From: Prochlorococcus sp. AG-412-C21
GTDB taxonomy: Bacteria > Cyanobacteriota > Cyanobacteriia > PCC-6307 > Cyanobiaceae
DNA: 64,000 nt
Assembly: GCA_003214975.1 (NCBI GenBank)
Contig: QCKZ01000002.1
Location: forward strand, 165 to 64,164
Direction of reading: 5' to 3'
A model generated the notes under the pieces. That model ran no database searches. It saw only the letters and a list, made by a program, of their open reading frames with translations, and was not told where the DNA came from. The translations under genes and the position numbers were made by a program. Of this stretch, positions 21,444 through 31,920 are shown one piece after another (position 1 is the stretch's first letter; every line of letters begins with the position of its first letter).

Positions 21444-22403
21444 GTGGCCTGGGCTTTAATTGTTTTTTTAATATTACTTGGAGGATTAATTGCACCATTT
21501 GGGGACCTGCTTGGTACGAAGATTGGTAAAGCAAGATTTAGTATCTTAAAATTAAGACCAAAGAAAACGGCGACGATTGTAACCATCATAACTGGAGGCT
21601 TTATTAGTGCATTATCTATAGGGTTATTGATTTTAGTTAGTGAAGAATTTCGGCAAAGACTTTTTGTTGATATTCCTTTTTTGCAAAAAACTTTGGATGA
21701 AAGTAAAAAGGCACTTTTACCTTTGGAGGAAGAAAGGAAGAGTCTTGAAGATAAGATTAATAGTAAAGAAAAGGAATTAAATAAATTAAAAAGTGATGTT
21801 AAAGAATTTAGAAGAGGAAATGTAGTTTTTAAAAGAGGGCAAACTTTATTTATTGCAGAGGTTACTACTAATCCAAATATAAAATTAGATTTAGCAAAGA
21901 TTTACAATAGTGCAGATAGATATGTTCAAAGAATCGTAATCCCTAATAAAAAAGAAATAAAAAATATTCTTATGTGGAGACCCACGGATATTTTGGAAAT
22001 TGAGAGAGTTACTGCAAAAGAGGGGAATTGGATCATATTGATAAAATCAGCAACTAATGTTTTGAAAGGAGATAAATTTGTTTTTGTATTCCCAGAGTTG
22101 CTAGAAAATAAAATTATTGTAAAAAGAGGAGAAGTTATTTCTAGCGAAATACTTGAAAAAAATCATCTTAATTATAAAAATATCAATTCAAAAATTAAAA
22201 CTTTGTTGAGAAAAACTAGAGACGAAATTAAGTTAAGAGGATCTATTGTTAACGAAATTAATACAAGAGGTGACTTTATTAAGAAAATTACAAATTCGTT
22301 AAAGATAAATTCAAATATTAAATATCGATTAGAAGTGGTATCTTTAAAAGATAGTAAAAAAGCAGACCCAATAATAGTAGAGTTAAATATTAGTAAATTA
22401 TAA
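21444..22403 (+). CDS. DUF3084 membrane-anchored coiled-coil protein
   Basis: GDLLGTKIGKARFSILKLRPKKTA motif, two TM segments, coiled coil. Confidence 0.85.
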   Translation: MAWALIVFLILLGGLIAPFGDLLGTKIGKARFSILKLRPKKTATIVTIITGGFISALSIGLLILVSEEFRQRLFVDIPFLQKTLDESKKALLPLEEERKSLEDKINSKEKELNKLKSDVKEFRRGNVVFKRGQTLFIAEVTTNPNIKLDLAKIYNSADRYVQRIVIPNKKEIKNILMWRPTDILEIERVTAKEGNWIILIKSATNVLKGDKFVFVFPELLENKIIVKRGEVISSEILEKNHLNYKNINSKIKTLLRKTRDEIKLRGSIVNEINTRGDFIKKITNSLKINSNIKYRLEVVSLKDSKKADPIIVELNISKL

Positions 22404-22409
22404 TTTTAT

Positions 22410-22847
22410 ATGTGTAAATTAATATCTATTGACCCTGGTAAATATAAATGCGGGTTGGTATTGGTTAATATTAAAAAAAAAACAATTGATCAAGCAATCG
22501 TTCTCAATACTGAGTTTCTCCCGAAATATGTAAGAACTTTAAAAAGTGTTGAAAATATATCAAAAGTCATAATGGGTAATGGAACAACTAGTAAAGAAAA
22601 TATAGACAAACTTAAATTTATCAAGAAAGATCTAATTCTTTTTGAGGAGAAAAACACAACTTATAGAGCTAAAAAAAGATTCTTTGAACTTTTTCCAATT
22701 ATGGGGTTAAAAAATTTACTCCCAAAAGATCTTTTCATCATAAATAAAAACCTGGATGCCGTTTCAGCCTTAATAATTTTGGAAGATTATTGTAATGATA
22801 AATTTACTTTATCTAAAGATATTGACATTAAAACTTGGCTGAAATAG
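22410..22847 (+). CDS. YqgF/RuvX-like RNase H-fold protein
   Basis: ISIDPGKYKCG, MGNGTTS, EEKNTT, LDAVSA. Confidence 0.8.
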   Translation: MCKLISIDPGKYKCGLVLVNIKKKTIDQAIVLNTEFLPKYVRTLKSVENISKVIMGNGTTSKENIDKLKFIKKDLILFEEKNTTYRAKKRFFELFPIMGLKNLLPKDLFIINKNLDAVSALIILEDYCNDKFTLSKDIDIKTWLK

Positions 22848-23085
22848 TAAATTTGTATTCACTTCCTGCTTCTAGCTCATAATCTTTTTTTAAAAGAAAT
22901 CTTAATAAAGAATCTTCAATCAATGCTCTACCCAAAGGAGGATTCACTACTAATAAACCTTTATTAAAAGACCATTTAAAAGTCCATTTAAATTGACTAG
23001 CTTCCACAACTCCCTTAATTTGCTTTTTTGAAAAGCAATATTCTTTAACACTTACATTGGCTATTGTTTCAGGTTTTGACCGCAT
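22828..23085 (-). CDS. DUF3146-like protein
   Basis: PETIA, WTFKWSF..G.L, PPLGRALI, DYELEAG motifs. Confidence 0.8.
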   Translation of the reverse strand: MRSKPETIANVSVKEYCFSKKQIKGVVEASQFKWTFKWSFNKGLLVVNPPLGRALIEDSLLRFLLKKDYELEAGSEYKFTISAKF

Positions 23086-23088
23086 TTG

Positions 23089-23691
23089 TTAAATTAGGTC
23101 TTTATCAAAAGAATTTAATTCATTTATTATATACTCTTCTTTTTTAGTATTTAATTGTTCGAGGGATTCAATTATCCTCTCATATACTTTATCCAATATT
23201 GATTTTTCTTCTAGAGAAATATTGCCTAATACATGAGAAATAGTATTAAAAGTATTTGCTCCTTTAATTGACGTAGGAGAACCAATGCCAATTCTTATTC
23301 TATTAAAGTTTTGAGTTTGCAATTGTTCAATGATGCTTTTAAGCCCATTATGTCCTCCTGAGCTCCCTTTTTTTCTAAATCTTATTTTTCCAAGGGGAAG
23401 ATCTTTATCATCAACTATTATAAAAAGCTGATCCAAATTAATTTTGTACCAATCTACTATTGCTCGGACAGCATCACCACTATTATTCATAAATGTATTA
23501 GGTAAAAATAACCTGTAGGTGGAATCATTAATTTTGAATTCTGAGCAGGAACTTTTAAGTTTATCCTTCAATAAAAAATTTGCATTATATTTTTTTGATA
23601 GATTTTCAAGGACCAAAAAACCTATATTATGTCTACTTTTTGAGTATTTTTTACCAGGATTTCCCAATCCAATTAAATATATTTCATTCAT
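23089..23691 (-). CDS. pth: Peptidyl-tRNA hydrolase
   Basis: GLGNPG..Y..SRHNIGF, FMNNSG, GGHNGLKS, RIRIGIG. Confidence 0.97.
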   Translation of the reverse strand: MNEIYLIGLGNPGKKYSKSRHNIGFLVLENLSKKYNANFLLKDKLKSSCSEFKINDSTYRLFLPNTFMNNSGDAVRAIVDWYKINLDQLFIIVDDKDLPLGKIRFRKKGSSGGHNGLKSIIEQLQTQNFNRIRIGIGSPTSIKGANTFNTISHVLGNISLEEKSILDKVYERIIESLEQLNTKKEEYIINELNSFDKDLI

Positions 23692-23757
23692 GATGTATTT
23701 CTAAATCTCTTTTCATTGAGAATTATAAATATACAAACAAACTATAACTAAGTAAAT

Positions 23758-23795
23758 TAAAAGAAAAATTCCTAAAAAGGTTTTATAGGAATTTT
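23758..23795 (-). terminator. Probable terminator after psbH
   Basis: Inverted repeat AAAATTCCTA (23765-23774) / TAGGAATTTT (23786-23795) with a T-rich tail on the minus strand. Confidence 0.6.
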
Positions 23796-23834
23796 CAGAC
23801 GAATCAGATAACTTTTTGAGAGACTTTCAGAAAG

Positions 23835-24035
23835 TTAGTTGCCGTTCCAATCTACTGAGAAACCTTGTAATAGAAGGGATTGGTTATAAATTTGTAGAAG
23901 AATAACTAAAAAAACCAGAAGTAGTAGACCTATGACTGTCATCACAGGAACTGCTCCCCAGCCAGGTACAACTTTTCCTTGACCTGAATTTCCAATTGCT
24001 TTTAAAAGACTTCCTAATGCTGTTTTTTGACCCAT
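23835..24035 (-). CDS. psbH: Photosystem II reaction center protein H
   Basis: [23 protein letters not shown]. Confidence 0.96.
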
Positions 24036-24115
24036 GTTAAAATCACAAAATCGAATATTATTTCGCTATTGTATAAGAACTTATACATAAATTGTTTACA
24101 AACTTAGCAAAATTG

Positions 24116-24268
24116 ATGCAAACTTTATCATCTGCTCCAGATCCTGCAGTTTCCATAGCAGTAATAATTCTGACAATACTTCTAGCTTTAACAGGTTTTG
24201 GTCTTTGGACTGCATTTGGACCTAAAGCAGCAAAATTAACAGATCCTTGGGACGATCATGAGGATTGA
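24116..24268 (+). CDS. psbN: PsbN (absent from ORF track, 50 aa)
   Basis: MQTLSSAPDPAVS...TAFGPKAAKLTDPWDDHED*; divergent from psbH. Confidence 0.95.
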   Translation: MQTLSSAPDPAVSIAVIILTILLALTGFGLWTAFGPKAAKLTDPWDDHED

Positions 24269-24396
24269 GATACTAATTTTTGAATAGTTTCCTAAAAAAG
24301 TATTTCAAAATCTACCAAAAATACAAAAAGTAAACTTTTTACCATGATTTAAATATAAATTAAATAGGATATAAATCTGTCAGTTAATCTATTTCC

Positions 24397-24525
24397 ATGC
24401 TTGCCTTAAAAATTTCTGTTTACACAATTGTTTTTTTCTTCGTAGGAATTTTTCTTTTTGGATTTTTAGCAAGTGATCCAACAAGAACACCAAATAGAAA
24501 AGACTTAGAAAGTCCTCAAGATTAA
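24397..24525 (+). CDS. psbI: Photosystem II reaction center protein I (absent from ORF track, 42 aa)
   Basis: [38 protein letters not shown]. Confidence 0.96.
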
Positions 24526-24534
24526 TCTTTATAA

Positions 24535-26541
24535 TTGATATTATTTAAATTGATTTTAGGATTTTCAAAAAAAGTAATATTTTCTTCTTTTTTATTTATT
24601 AATTTTCTACAGCCATCAGAATCAGCTGAATTCACAAAAATTAATAAGAATATTAATAATCGAAATATAAAATTAACTTCTTCAAAAATATCTAATGAAG
24701 GAATTACATCATATTCTTCCAAAATTTATAATGATAATACTTATTTAAATTTATTAAAGAAAAATCTTGATTCACTTTTAGTGGCTAAAGCCGAAAAGCA
24801 ACAAGAGTTAACAATCCAATCTGATACACAGTCTGAAATAAATAATGTTATTTATGCAAAAGGCAACGTATCCTTATCATTTAGAGGCAAACTTCTTAAA
24901 GCTGATAATTTAATTTACGATAAGTTAAATAAAAAAATTAGTGCCAAGGGAAATATAGTCTTGATATTAGGAGATCAAATCTTTAAAGTTTCACAGCTGG
25001 AGTACAGCTTTATAAGTAAAAAAGGTTATTTACTAGATATTGAGGGATCTATCAATACCAATACCTTGATGGATGACTTATCCTCAAATTTCAGCTCATC
25101 AGATTTTAATAAGATAGAAAAGTTACTTGTATTTAAAAAAACGAAAGTTTTACATACTCCGAGGAGGGTTGAGAATTGGCTATTTTCAGCAGATAAGATA
25201 AATATAGATGGAAAAAAATGGAAAAGTAAGAAGGCATTATTTACTAATGATTTACTTGAGTCGAAACAAGTTAAATTAGCAATTAATTCATTAGAAGTTA
25301 CTTCTGAAGCAGAGAAATTACGATTTGATTCATCATTAAATTATTTAATATTTGAAGAAAAATTATCAATTCCATTTTGGCTTGGAGATAGAACTTTAAC
25401 TAAGTCTGGAGAATTCTTGAAATTTCAAAACAGATGGAATCTAGGATATGAAAATTTAGATAAGGATGGCTATTTTATTGGTAGAAAATTTAACCCTATA
25501 GATATATCTGATGATTTTGTTCTTGATTTAGAGCCGCAATTCTTGATTCAGCGCTCACTAAAGGGTTATACAAAAAGTTTTGTAAAGAAGGACGAATCAA
25601 TAACTTCTGAGAAGGTTAAGAGAGATGCAAGTTTTCAAGATTATTTTGCTATAAAATCCCAGATAAATGGCACAATAAATAATTGGAATTTAGAAATAGA
25701 GAAGAATTTAAATTCTTTTGATTTTGATAAATTTTCAGATGCATTAAGATTAAAAACTAAATTTAGTAAAGAAATTAATTTTTTAGATGCAAAATGGGAT
25801 AAAAGTTTTTATGGGATTTATAGAGAGAGGGTTTGGAATGGGTCATTGGGGGAAGCGGAAATTTATTCAGGTTATGGTTCAAAACTTCAAAAGGAAACTA
25901 ATTGGATAGTTGATGGTATTCAAAAGACAGAATTTTTATCTTTAGGTTTAGCTAATATTAGTGCTGAGGCTTTAAATACAAAAAATCTGATAACTAACCT
26001 AAAAGGTAATTTATTTTATTCTCTTGATCAGAAATTTCCGATTAGTATTGATGATCCTAAAAATAAATCTATTGACATTTCATATAGTTATATTCCTGAA
26101 CCAATCACAAATGGATTAAGTCTTAACACAAGATTAGAAGCATCATATTTTTTCTATGAAAATGGAGATCATCAAGAATATTTAGGATTAGGTATGGGTC
26201 CAGAATTAATAATGGGCAATTTTAAAAATAAAACTTTTGACTATACTCGTTTAAGTCTTTTCCCTTTCTATAAATTTAAAAGTGGAGAAAGTGTTTTTAA
26301 ATTCGACCAAATTTATGATTCGTTCACTTTAAATATTGCTTTTGATCAGCAATTATTTGGACCAGTTATTCTCAAAAGTATTGGAACTTTAAACCTTACA
26401 AGTGATTCTGATGATTATGGTGAATTTATAGATTCTAAAATCTCATTAAATTGGAAAAAAAGAAGCTATGAATTTGGTATTTTTTATCAACCTCATAATC
26501 GAGCAGGAGGAATTTCTTTTAGTCTCTTTGGATTTAATTAA
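24535..26541 (+). CDS. DUF3769 / LptD-like outer-membrane protein
   Basis: OstA-like N-terminal region (QSDTQ..AKGNV..LKAD), beta-strand-rich C-terminus ending in an aromatic pattern. Confidence 0.75.
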   Translation: MILFKLILGFSKKVIFSSFLFINFLQPSESAEFTKINKNINNRNIKLTSSKISNEGITSYSSKIYNDNTYLNLLKKNLDSLLVAKAEKQQELTIQSDTQSEINNVIYAKGNVSLSFRGKLLKADNLIYDKLNKKISAKGNIVLILGDQIFKVSQLEYSFISKKGYLLDIEGSINTNTLMDDLSSNFSSSDFNKIEKLLVFKKTKVLHTPRRVENWLFSADKINIDGKKWKSKKALFTNDLLESKQVKLAINSLEVTSEAEKLRFDSSLNYLIFEEKLSIPFWLGDRTLTKSGEFLKFQNRWNLGYENLDKDGYFIGRKFNPIDISDDFVLDLEPQFLIQRSLKGYTKSFVKKDESITSEKVKRDASFQDYFAIKSQINGTINNWNLEIEKNLNSFDFDKFSDALRLKTKFSKEINFLDAKWDKSFYGIYRERVWNGSLGEAEIYSGYGSKLQKETNWIVDGIQKTEFLSLGLANISAEALNTKNLITNLKGNLFYSLDQKFPISIDDPKNKSIDISYSYIPEPITNGLSLNTRLEASYFFYENGDHQEYLGLGMGPELIMGNFKNKTFDYTRLSLFPFYKFKSGESVFKFDQIYDSFTLNIAFDQQLFGPVILKSIGTLNLTSDSDDYGEFIDSKISLNWKKRSYEFGIFYQPHNRAGGISFSLFGFN

Positions 26542-26544
26542 TTA

Positions 26545-27165
26545 TTAGAGATGAGCATTAAATTTCAAATAGGGTAAATCTTTATATTTATTTGCAATTA
26601 GATTTTCATTTTCAAGTAGTGTTGAGGTGGCATCCCATTCTCCTGATAAAAACATTTTTTTTGAGCTTTCCTTAATTTCAAGTTTAAAATTTAAAAATTT
26701 TGATTTGCCTAAGGAATTTTTCAAATCAATTTCTAAGAATAAAAACTTACTAAAGTTATATTTTTGAATTTCTTGTATTGATTTTTTAGTAAGCGTGAAA
26801 CATGGAATCCCAATTGCAATACAATTACTATAAAAAATATCGGCGAAACTCTCGCCTATAATTGCTTTTATGCCCCATCTCATAAGTGCTTGAGGGGCGT
26901 GTTCTCTACTGGAACCACATCCAAAATTGCTATTAACAATTAGTATTGTGGCATTTTTATTTTCCTCTAGATCGAAAGGATGCCTTCCCTTTAACGTTTT
27001 TCTATCGTCTTCAAAAACAGATTCACCCAAGGAATCAAAGTTAACACACTTCAAGAAACGCGCTGGAATAATTCGATCTGTATCAATGTCGTTACCAATC
27101 AATGAAATACATTGCCCGTTTATTTGTGAAATTTTTCCAATTGGTGGGGTAAACTCTGATTTCAT
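26545..27165 (-). CDS. leuD: 3-isopropylmalate dehydratase small subunit
   Basis: [24 protein letters not shown]. Confidence 0.97.
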   Translation of the reverse strand: MKSEFTPPIGKISQINGQCISLIGNDIDTDRIIPARFLKCVNFDSLGESVFEDDRKTLKGRHPFDLEENKNATILIVNSNFGCGSSREHAPQALMRWGIKAIIGESFADIFYSNCIAIGIPCFTLTKKSIQEIQKYNFSKFLFLEIDLKNSLGKSKFLNFKLEIKESSKKMFLSGEWDATSTLLENENLIANKYKDLPYLKFNAHL

Positions 27166-28571
27166 TTGTTTATAAATTCTCGAACGTCACTAACTTTGCC
27201 ATTAATTGCAGCAGCAGCAACCATTGCTGGACTCATCAGCAGTGTTCTACCGCTAGGAGATCCCTGTCTACCCTTGAAATTTCTATTACTAGAACTAGCA
27301 CTAACTTGATTACCTATTAGCTTGTCTGAATTCATTGCTAAACACATTGAGCAGCCTGGCTCTCTCCATTGAAATCCAGAATCCTTAAATATCTTATCAA
27401 GCCCTTCTTGTTTTGCTTCATTGGCTACTTTCTCTGAACCGGGAACTACAAATGCTTTTACATTCTTAGATACTTTTTTGTCTTTTAATACTTTAGCTGC
27501 AACTCTTAAGTCACTGATTCTACCATTTGTGCAACTGCCTATGAAACAAACTTCTACAGGAGTATCTTTTATTGCTTGTCCTGGCTTGAAACTCATATAT
27601 TCATAAGCCTCTTCAGCAACTGATTTGTCATTTGGGGACAAGTCATCTAAAAGAGGGATTTTTTGATTAATGCTTATACTTTGACCCGGAGTAATTCCCC
27701 AGGTTACGGTTGGTTCTACTTTAGAAGCATCTAATTTAATTACATCATCATAAATTGAATTTTCATCGCTCTTTAATGATTTCCACCATGTAAGCGCTTT
27801 ATCCCAATTCTCATTTTTTGGAGCACATAATTTGTTTTTAATGTAAGTAAAGGTCTTTTCATCAGGGTTTATGTAGCCGCATCTTGCTCCTCCTTCAATA
27901 GACATATTGCATATTGTCATTCTTTCTTCCATTGATAATGCATTGATCGCAGGCCCTGCGAACTCATATGCAAAACCTACCCCACCCATCACACCAAGTT
28001 TATTAATAATATGAAGTACTAAATCCTTAGCATAAACACCATTAGATAATTGATTCTCACACCAAATTTGCCTTACCTTTAATTTGTTCATGGCTATGGT
28101 TTGGGTAGCAAGAACGTCTCTTACTTGGCTTGTACCTATTCCAAAAGCAATTGACCCAAAAGCTCCATGAGTTGAAGTATGTGAATCTCCACAAGCGATT
28201 GTCATTCCTGGTTGCGTTAGCCCCAATTCTGGAGCTACTACATGCACTATTCCTTGATTACCACTACCAATATTATAAAATTTTATTTTATGTTGTAAGC
28301 AATTATTCTCTAATGTGCTAATCATTTGTTCCGCAAGATTATCTTTGAAAGGCCTGCTCTGATTATCTGTTGGCACAATATGATCAACTGTGGCAACAGT
28401 TCTATTAGGGAATTTTACTTTTAAGTTTTTGTCTTTTAAAGCACCAAATGCTTGAGGACTTGTCACTTCATGGATGAGGTGAAGACCAATAAAAATTTGA
28501 TCTGAACCACCAGGAAGACTTGAAACTTTGTGTAAATCCCAAACTTTATCAAATAAGGTATCTTGACTCAA
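27162..28571 (-). CDS. leuC: 3-isopropylmalate dehydratase large subunit
   Basis: [34 protein letters not shown]. Confidence 0.98.
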   Translation of the reverse strand: MSQDTLFDKVWDLHKVSSLPGGSDQIFIGLHLIHEVTSPQAFGALKDKNLKVKFPNRTVATVDHIVPTDNQSRPFKDNLAEQMISTLENNCLQHKIKFYNIGSGNQGIVHVVAPELGLTQPGMTIACGDSHTSTHGAFGSIAFGIGTSQVRDVLATQTIAMNKLKVRQIWCENQLSNGVYAKDLVLHIINKLGVMGGVGFAYEFAGPAINALSMEERMTICNMSIEGGARCGYINPDEKTFTYIKNKLCAPKNENWDKALTWWKSLKSDENSIYDDVIKLDASKVEPTVTWGITPGQSISINQKIPLLDDLSPNDKSVAEEAYEYMSFKPGQAIKDTPVEVCFIGSCTNGRISDLRVAAKVLKDKKVSKNVKAFVVPGSEKVANEAKQEGLDKIFKDSGFQWREPGCSMCLAMNSDKLIGNQVSASSSNRNFKGRQGSPSGRTLLMSPAMVAAAAINGKVSDVREFINK

Positions 28572-28584
28572 TTTGTAAAAAAAG

Positions 28585-29859
28585 TTACTTACTTTTTGAT
28601 AATAGGATTAATCTGAGGCTGTTCAAACACACATTTACACTTAGTGTTTGAATTTCAATTCTATTGCGGGTTGAGTTAAATATTTTTTTGATGTTAGTAA
28701 TATGATTATTCGGTCCTGTAATAGAAATATATACAAGTCCTACAGGTTTATCTTGACTACCACCGTTAGGACCAGCTATTCCACTTATTGCTATTGCCCA
28801 ATCTGATCTTAATTTCTCTTTTACATTAATCGCCATGGCCTCACAAACTTCTTCAGAAACAGCTCCACATTTTGTAAGCTTTTCTTCTGAAATATTTAAT
28901 AATGAATTTTTTAGCTCATTACTGTAGGACACAATACTCCCTTGAAAAACTTTAGATGCGCCTGATATTGATGTGATCGATGAAGAGAGTAGTCCTCCTG
29001 TACAGGATTCAGCAAAAACAATAGTTTCGTTTCTCTTGGCTAATTCTTTTATTAAAACGCTAGGGAGAGTATCATGATCCTCTCCAAAAATAAATTTCGA
29101 AAACTTTTTTTTTAATTTTTCTTTTACAGGTTTTATTATATTTTTTGCTTCCAATTCACTCTTTGCTCTAGCTGTGATTCTGAGTTTAACCTCTCCCAAG
29201 TTTGCATATGGAGCAACAGTCGGGTTTTTAAGATTTAGAAGATCGTTAATTTTTTCTGCAACGCTAGATTCTCCAATGCCTGAGAACTTAAGAGTATTTG
29301 AAAAGAAGGAATAACTATCTGAGAATTTGTTTTTAATAAATTCAAACGCAGTCTCTTCCCACATAGTTTTCATTTCACTTGGCACGCCAGGGAAAGTAAG
29401 AATAGTAAATCCTTTTATTGGCTCCCATATCATTCCTGGGGCGGTGCCCCTAGGGTTATTAATTATTTGTGCATTATTTGGGAAGAAACATTGTTTCCGC
29501 AAGCTAGAAGAGTTGTCCTGCAGCTTTGAGTTTGAAAGCTTTTGTTTAATTTCATCCCATAAGTGCTTTCTTTCAAAAAGAGGAACATTAAAAGACTTAG
29601 CTATTGCTTCAGTAGTTAAGTCATCTGGGGTGGGTCCCAAGCCACCCGTTGTAATGAGAAGATTACTTCTTTTCGATATTTCTTGAATTGCGTTTATAAT
29701 TCGATCATAATTATCACCTACAGTTGATTGCCTAAAGTGATTTAAGCCTAATTGAGATAATCGCTCAGAAATCCATTGAGCATTTGTATTTACAATATTT
29801 CCTAAAAGTAGCTCAGTTCCAATAGAAAGAATTTCAACTCCCTTGGAATTAGGACTCAT
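28585..29859 (-). CDS. cinA: Competence/damage-inducible protein CinA (NMN deamidase fusion)
   Basis: [36 protein letters not shown]. Confidence 0.93.
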   Translation of the reverse strand: MSPNSKGVEILSIGTELLLGNIVNTNAQWISERLSQLGLNHFRQSTVGDNYDRIINAIQEISKRSNLLITTGGLGPTPDDLTTEAIAKSFNVPLFERKHLWDEIKQKLSNSKLQDNSSSLRKQCFFPNNAQIINNPRGTAPGMIWEPIKGFTILTFPGVPSEMKTMWEETAFEFIKNKFSDSYSFFSNTLKFSGIGESSVAEKINDLLNLKNPTVAPYANLGEVKLRITARAKSELEAKNIIKPVKEKLKKKFSKFIFGEDHDTLPSVLIKELAKRNETIVFAESCTGGLLSSSITSISGASKVFQGSIVSYSNELKNSLLNISEEKLTKCGAVSEEVCEAMAINVKEKLRSDWAIAISGIAGPNGGSQDKPVGLVYISITGPNNHITNIKKIFNSTRNRIEIQTLSVNVCLNSLRLILLSKSK

Positions 29860-31127
29860 TTAATTGATCCTTCAAGTTTGCCTTCATAAAGAGGAAAACG
29901 ATTACATAACGTTAATACTCTTTCTTTACATTGACTCTCAATCAGTGAATCATTTGGATTAAGTAATCTATCAGCAATAATTTCGCCAACTTCAGCAAAA
30001 GCACTTTCATCAAAGCCTCTGGTAGTTAAAGCAGCAGTACCCAACCTTAGCCCACTGGTCACAAAAGGTGATTCAGGGTCAAATGGAACAGTATTTTTAT
30101 TTGCCGTGATATTCACTTCGCTTACAAGCAAATCAGCAATTTTACCAGTCATGTTTATACTTCTTAAATCGAGTAAAACAATATGATTATCAGTACCTCC
30201 ACTAACAATATCAATGCCTCTACTTATTAAAGTTGAAGCCATAACTTTGGCATTTTTTATTACTTTTTGGGAATAATTAACGAAATCAGGTTGTAAGGCT
30301 TCTCCAAATGCAACTGCTTTAGCAGCAATAATATGTTCTAGGGGACCACCCTGAGTTCCAGGGAAAACAGATTTATCAAATTTCTTTCCAAATTCTGCAT
30401 CTTTACATAAGATAAGTCCCCCTCTTGGCCCTCTCAATGTCTTATGAGTAGTTGTAGTTACTACATCACAATAAGGGATTGGATTTGGGTGAAGTTTACT
30501 TGCTACAAGCCCCGCAATGTGAGCAATATCCGCCATTAAGAATGCTCCAACTTCATCAGCAATATTTCTAAATGATTCAAAATCAATTGTTCTTGGATAA
30601 GCAGAATACCCACATATGATTAATTTTGGTTTCGTTTCTAGTGCTATCTCTCTTATTTCATCAAAATTTAATTCACTAGTTTCTTTATTTACACCATAGT
30701 GAACTGCATTGAACCACTTACCACTCATATTGACTGGAGATCCATGAGTAAGGTGCCCACCGTGAGATAAATCCATTCCCATGATTGTGTCGCCAGGTTT
30801 GAGTAGACTTAAGAAAACCGCGGCATTTGCCTGCGCTCCACTATGAGGTTGAACATTAGCCCAATTTGCATTAAATAATTTCTTAGCTCTCTGAATAGCT
30901 AATTCTTCGATTTCATCAACAAATTCACATCCTCCGTAATACCTTTTTTGAGGTAATCCTTCCGCGTATTTATTAGTAAGTACTGATCCTTGTGCCTGCA
31001 TGACAGCCATTGATGCGAAATTTTCACTCGCAATTAACTCAAGGTGAGTTTCCTGCCTATTTTTTTCAGAATCAATTAACTTTGATATTACTGGATCACT
31101 TTCTTTAAGATGTTGAAGGATATTCAT
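29856..31127 (-). CDS. glyA: Serine hydroxymethyltransferase
   Basis: [27 protein letters not shown]. Confidence 0.98.
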   Translation of the reverse strand: MNILQHLKESDPVISKLIDSEKNRQETHLELIASENFASMAVMQAQGSVLTNKYAEGLPQKRYYGGCEFVDEIEELAIQRAKKLFNANWANVQPHSGAQANAAVFLSLLKPGDTIMGMDLSHGGHLTHGSPVNMSGKWFNAVHYGVNKETSELNFDEIREIALETKPKLIICGYSAYPRTIDFESFRNIADEVGAFLMADIAHIAGLVASKLHPNPIPYCDVVTTTTHKTLRGPRGGLILCKDAEFGKKFDKSVFPGTQGGPLEHIIAAKAVAFGEALQPDFVNYSQKVIKNAKVMASTLISRGIDIVSGGTDNHIVLLDLRSINMTGKIADLLVSEVNITANKNTVPFDPESPFVTSGLRLGTAALTTRGFDESAFAEVGEIIADRLLNPNDSLIESQCKERVLTLCNRFPLYEGKLEGSIK

Positions 31128-31204
31128 TGAATTTGATAAGTAATAATCTCAATATAGACGATATTTTTTAGAAAAATATAAAAAGAATATTTCATAATTT
31201 AAAA

Positions 31205-31278
31205 CGCGCCTGGAGAGATTCGAACTCCCGACACCCTGATCCGTAGTCAGGTGCTCTAATCCACTGAGCTACAGGCGC
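31205..31278 (-). tRNA. trnR: tRNA-Arg(ACG)
   Basis: Minus strand GCGCCTG...CAGGCGC-G, anticodon arm CCTGA-CTACGGA-TCAGG, GTTCGAAT. Confidence 0.96.
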
Positions 31279-31366
31279 ATAAATTGTAATATCTCTGTTT
31301 CAGGGTCTCTTAGTCAACTAGATTTCGGGTAAAATATCTATTATTAACAATATCAATCTTATAAAT

Positions 31367-31618
31367 ATGCCTATAAAGTGGTACGGAAATGGTGATTTAG
31401 AGGATCCCACCTATAAACATTTTTCTAGAATAGTAAATTTTGTGATTCATTGTATGATATTTACTGCAGTTGTAAGTGGTACTTGGCTTTTTAAAGAAAT
31501 TAAATATGAGATTGCCTTTTTTAATAATTTTGCAATTTTCTGGTCAATTATTTTAGCATCCCATTTACTTTTTGTAGTTATAAAAAAACCTAAGGATACA
31601 GCAAAACAATCAACTTAA
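31367..31618 (+). CDS. Small two-TM hypothetical protein
   Basis: MPIKWY..DP.Y..F.R.VNF..H motif, two hydrophobic helices. Confidence 0.75.
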   Translation: MPIKWYGNGDLEDPTYKHFSRIVNFVIHCMIFTAVVSGTWLFKEIKYEIAFFNNFAIFWSIILASHLLFVVIKKPKDTAKQST

Positions 31619-31632
31619 AGCAACTTTTATTT

Positions 31633-31917
31633 ATGAACTCTCAGATAGGAATAAGTGATCTAGAAAATATTATTTCAGAAAAGGTTTTTATAAAAATAGA
31701 AAAGTGGAATTTATATCTAGGAGATGCTGGTCTAGCTAGAAATCTTGCCATAGAGTGTATAAGTAATAAAGATAAAGGCCCATTAGAGGCTGCAAAAATA
31801 AGTTTGAAAACAATTAATGTGAAAGTAGGTGATGGAGTTAACAGTATTCCGCTTATTAATTTAATCACTACCTCACAAATTCTTGAATTAGAGGAGATTT
31901 TGGAAAGTTTTTTTTGA
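31633..31917 (+). CDS. DUF3181-like protein
   Basis: KVFIKIEKWNLYLGDAGL motif. Confidence 0.8.
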   Translation: MNSQIGISDLENIISEKVFIKIEKWNLYLGDAGLARNLAIECISNKDKGPLEAAKISLKTINVKVGDGVNSIPLINLITTSQILELEEILESFF

Positions 31918-31920
31918 TTT

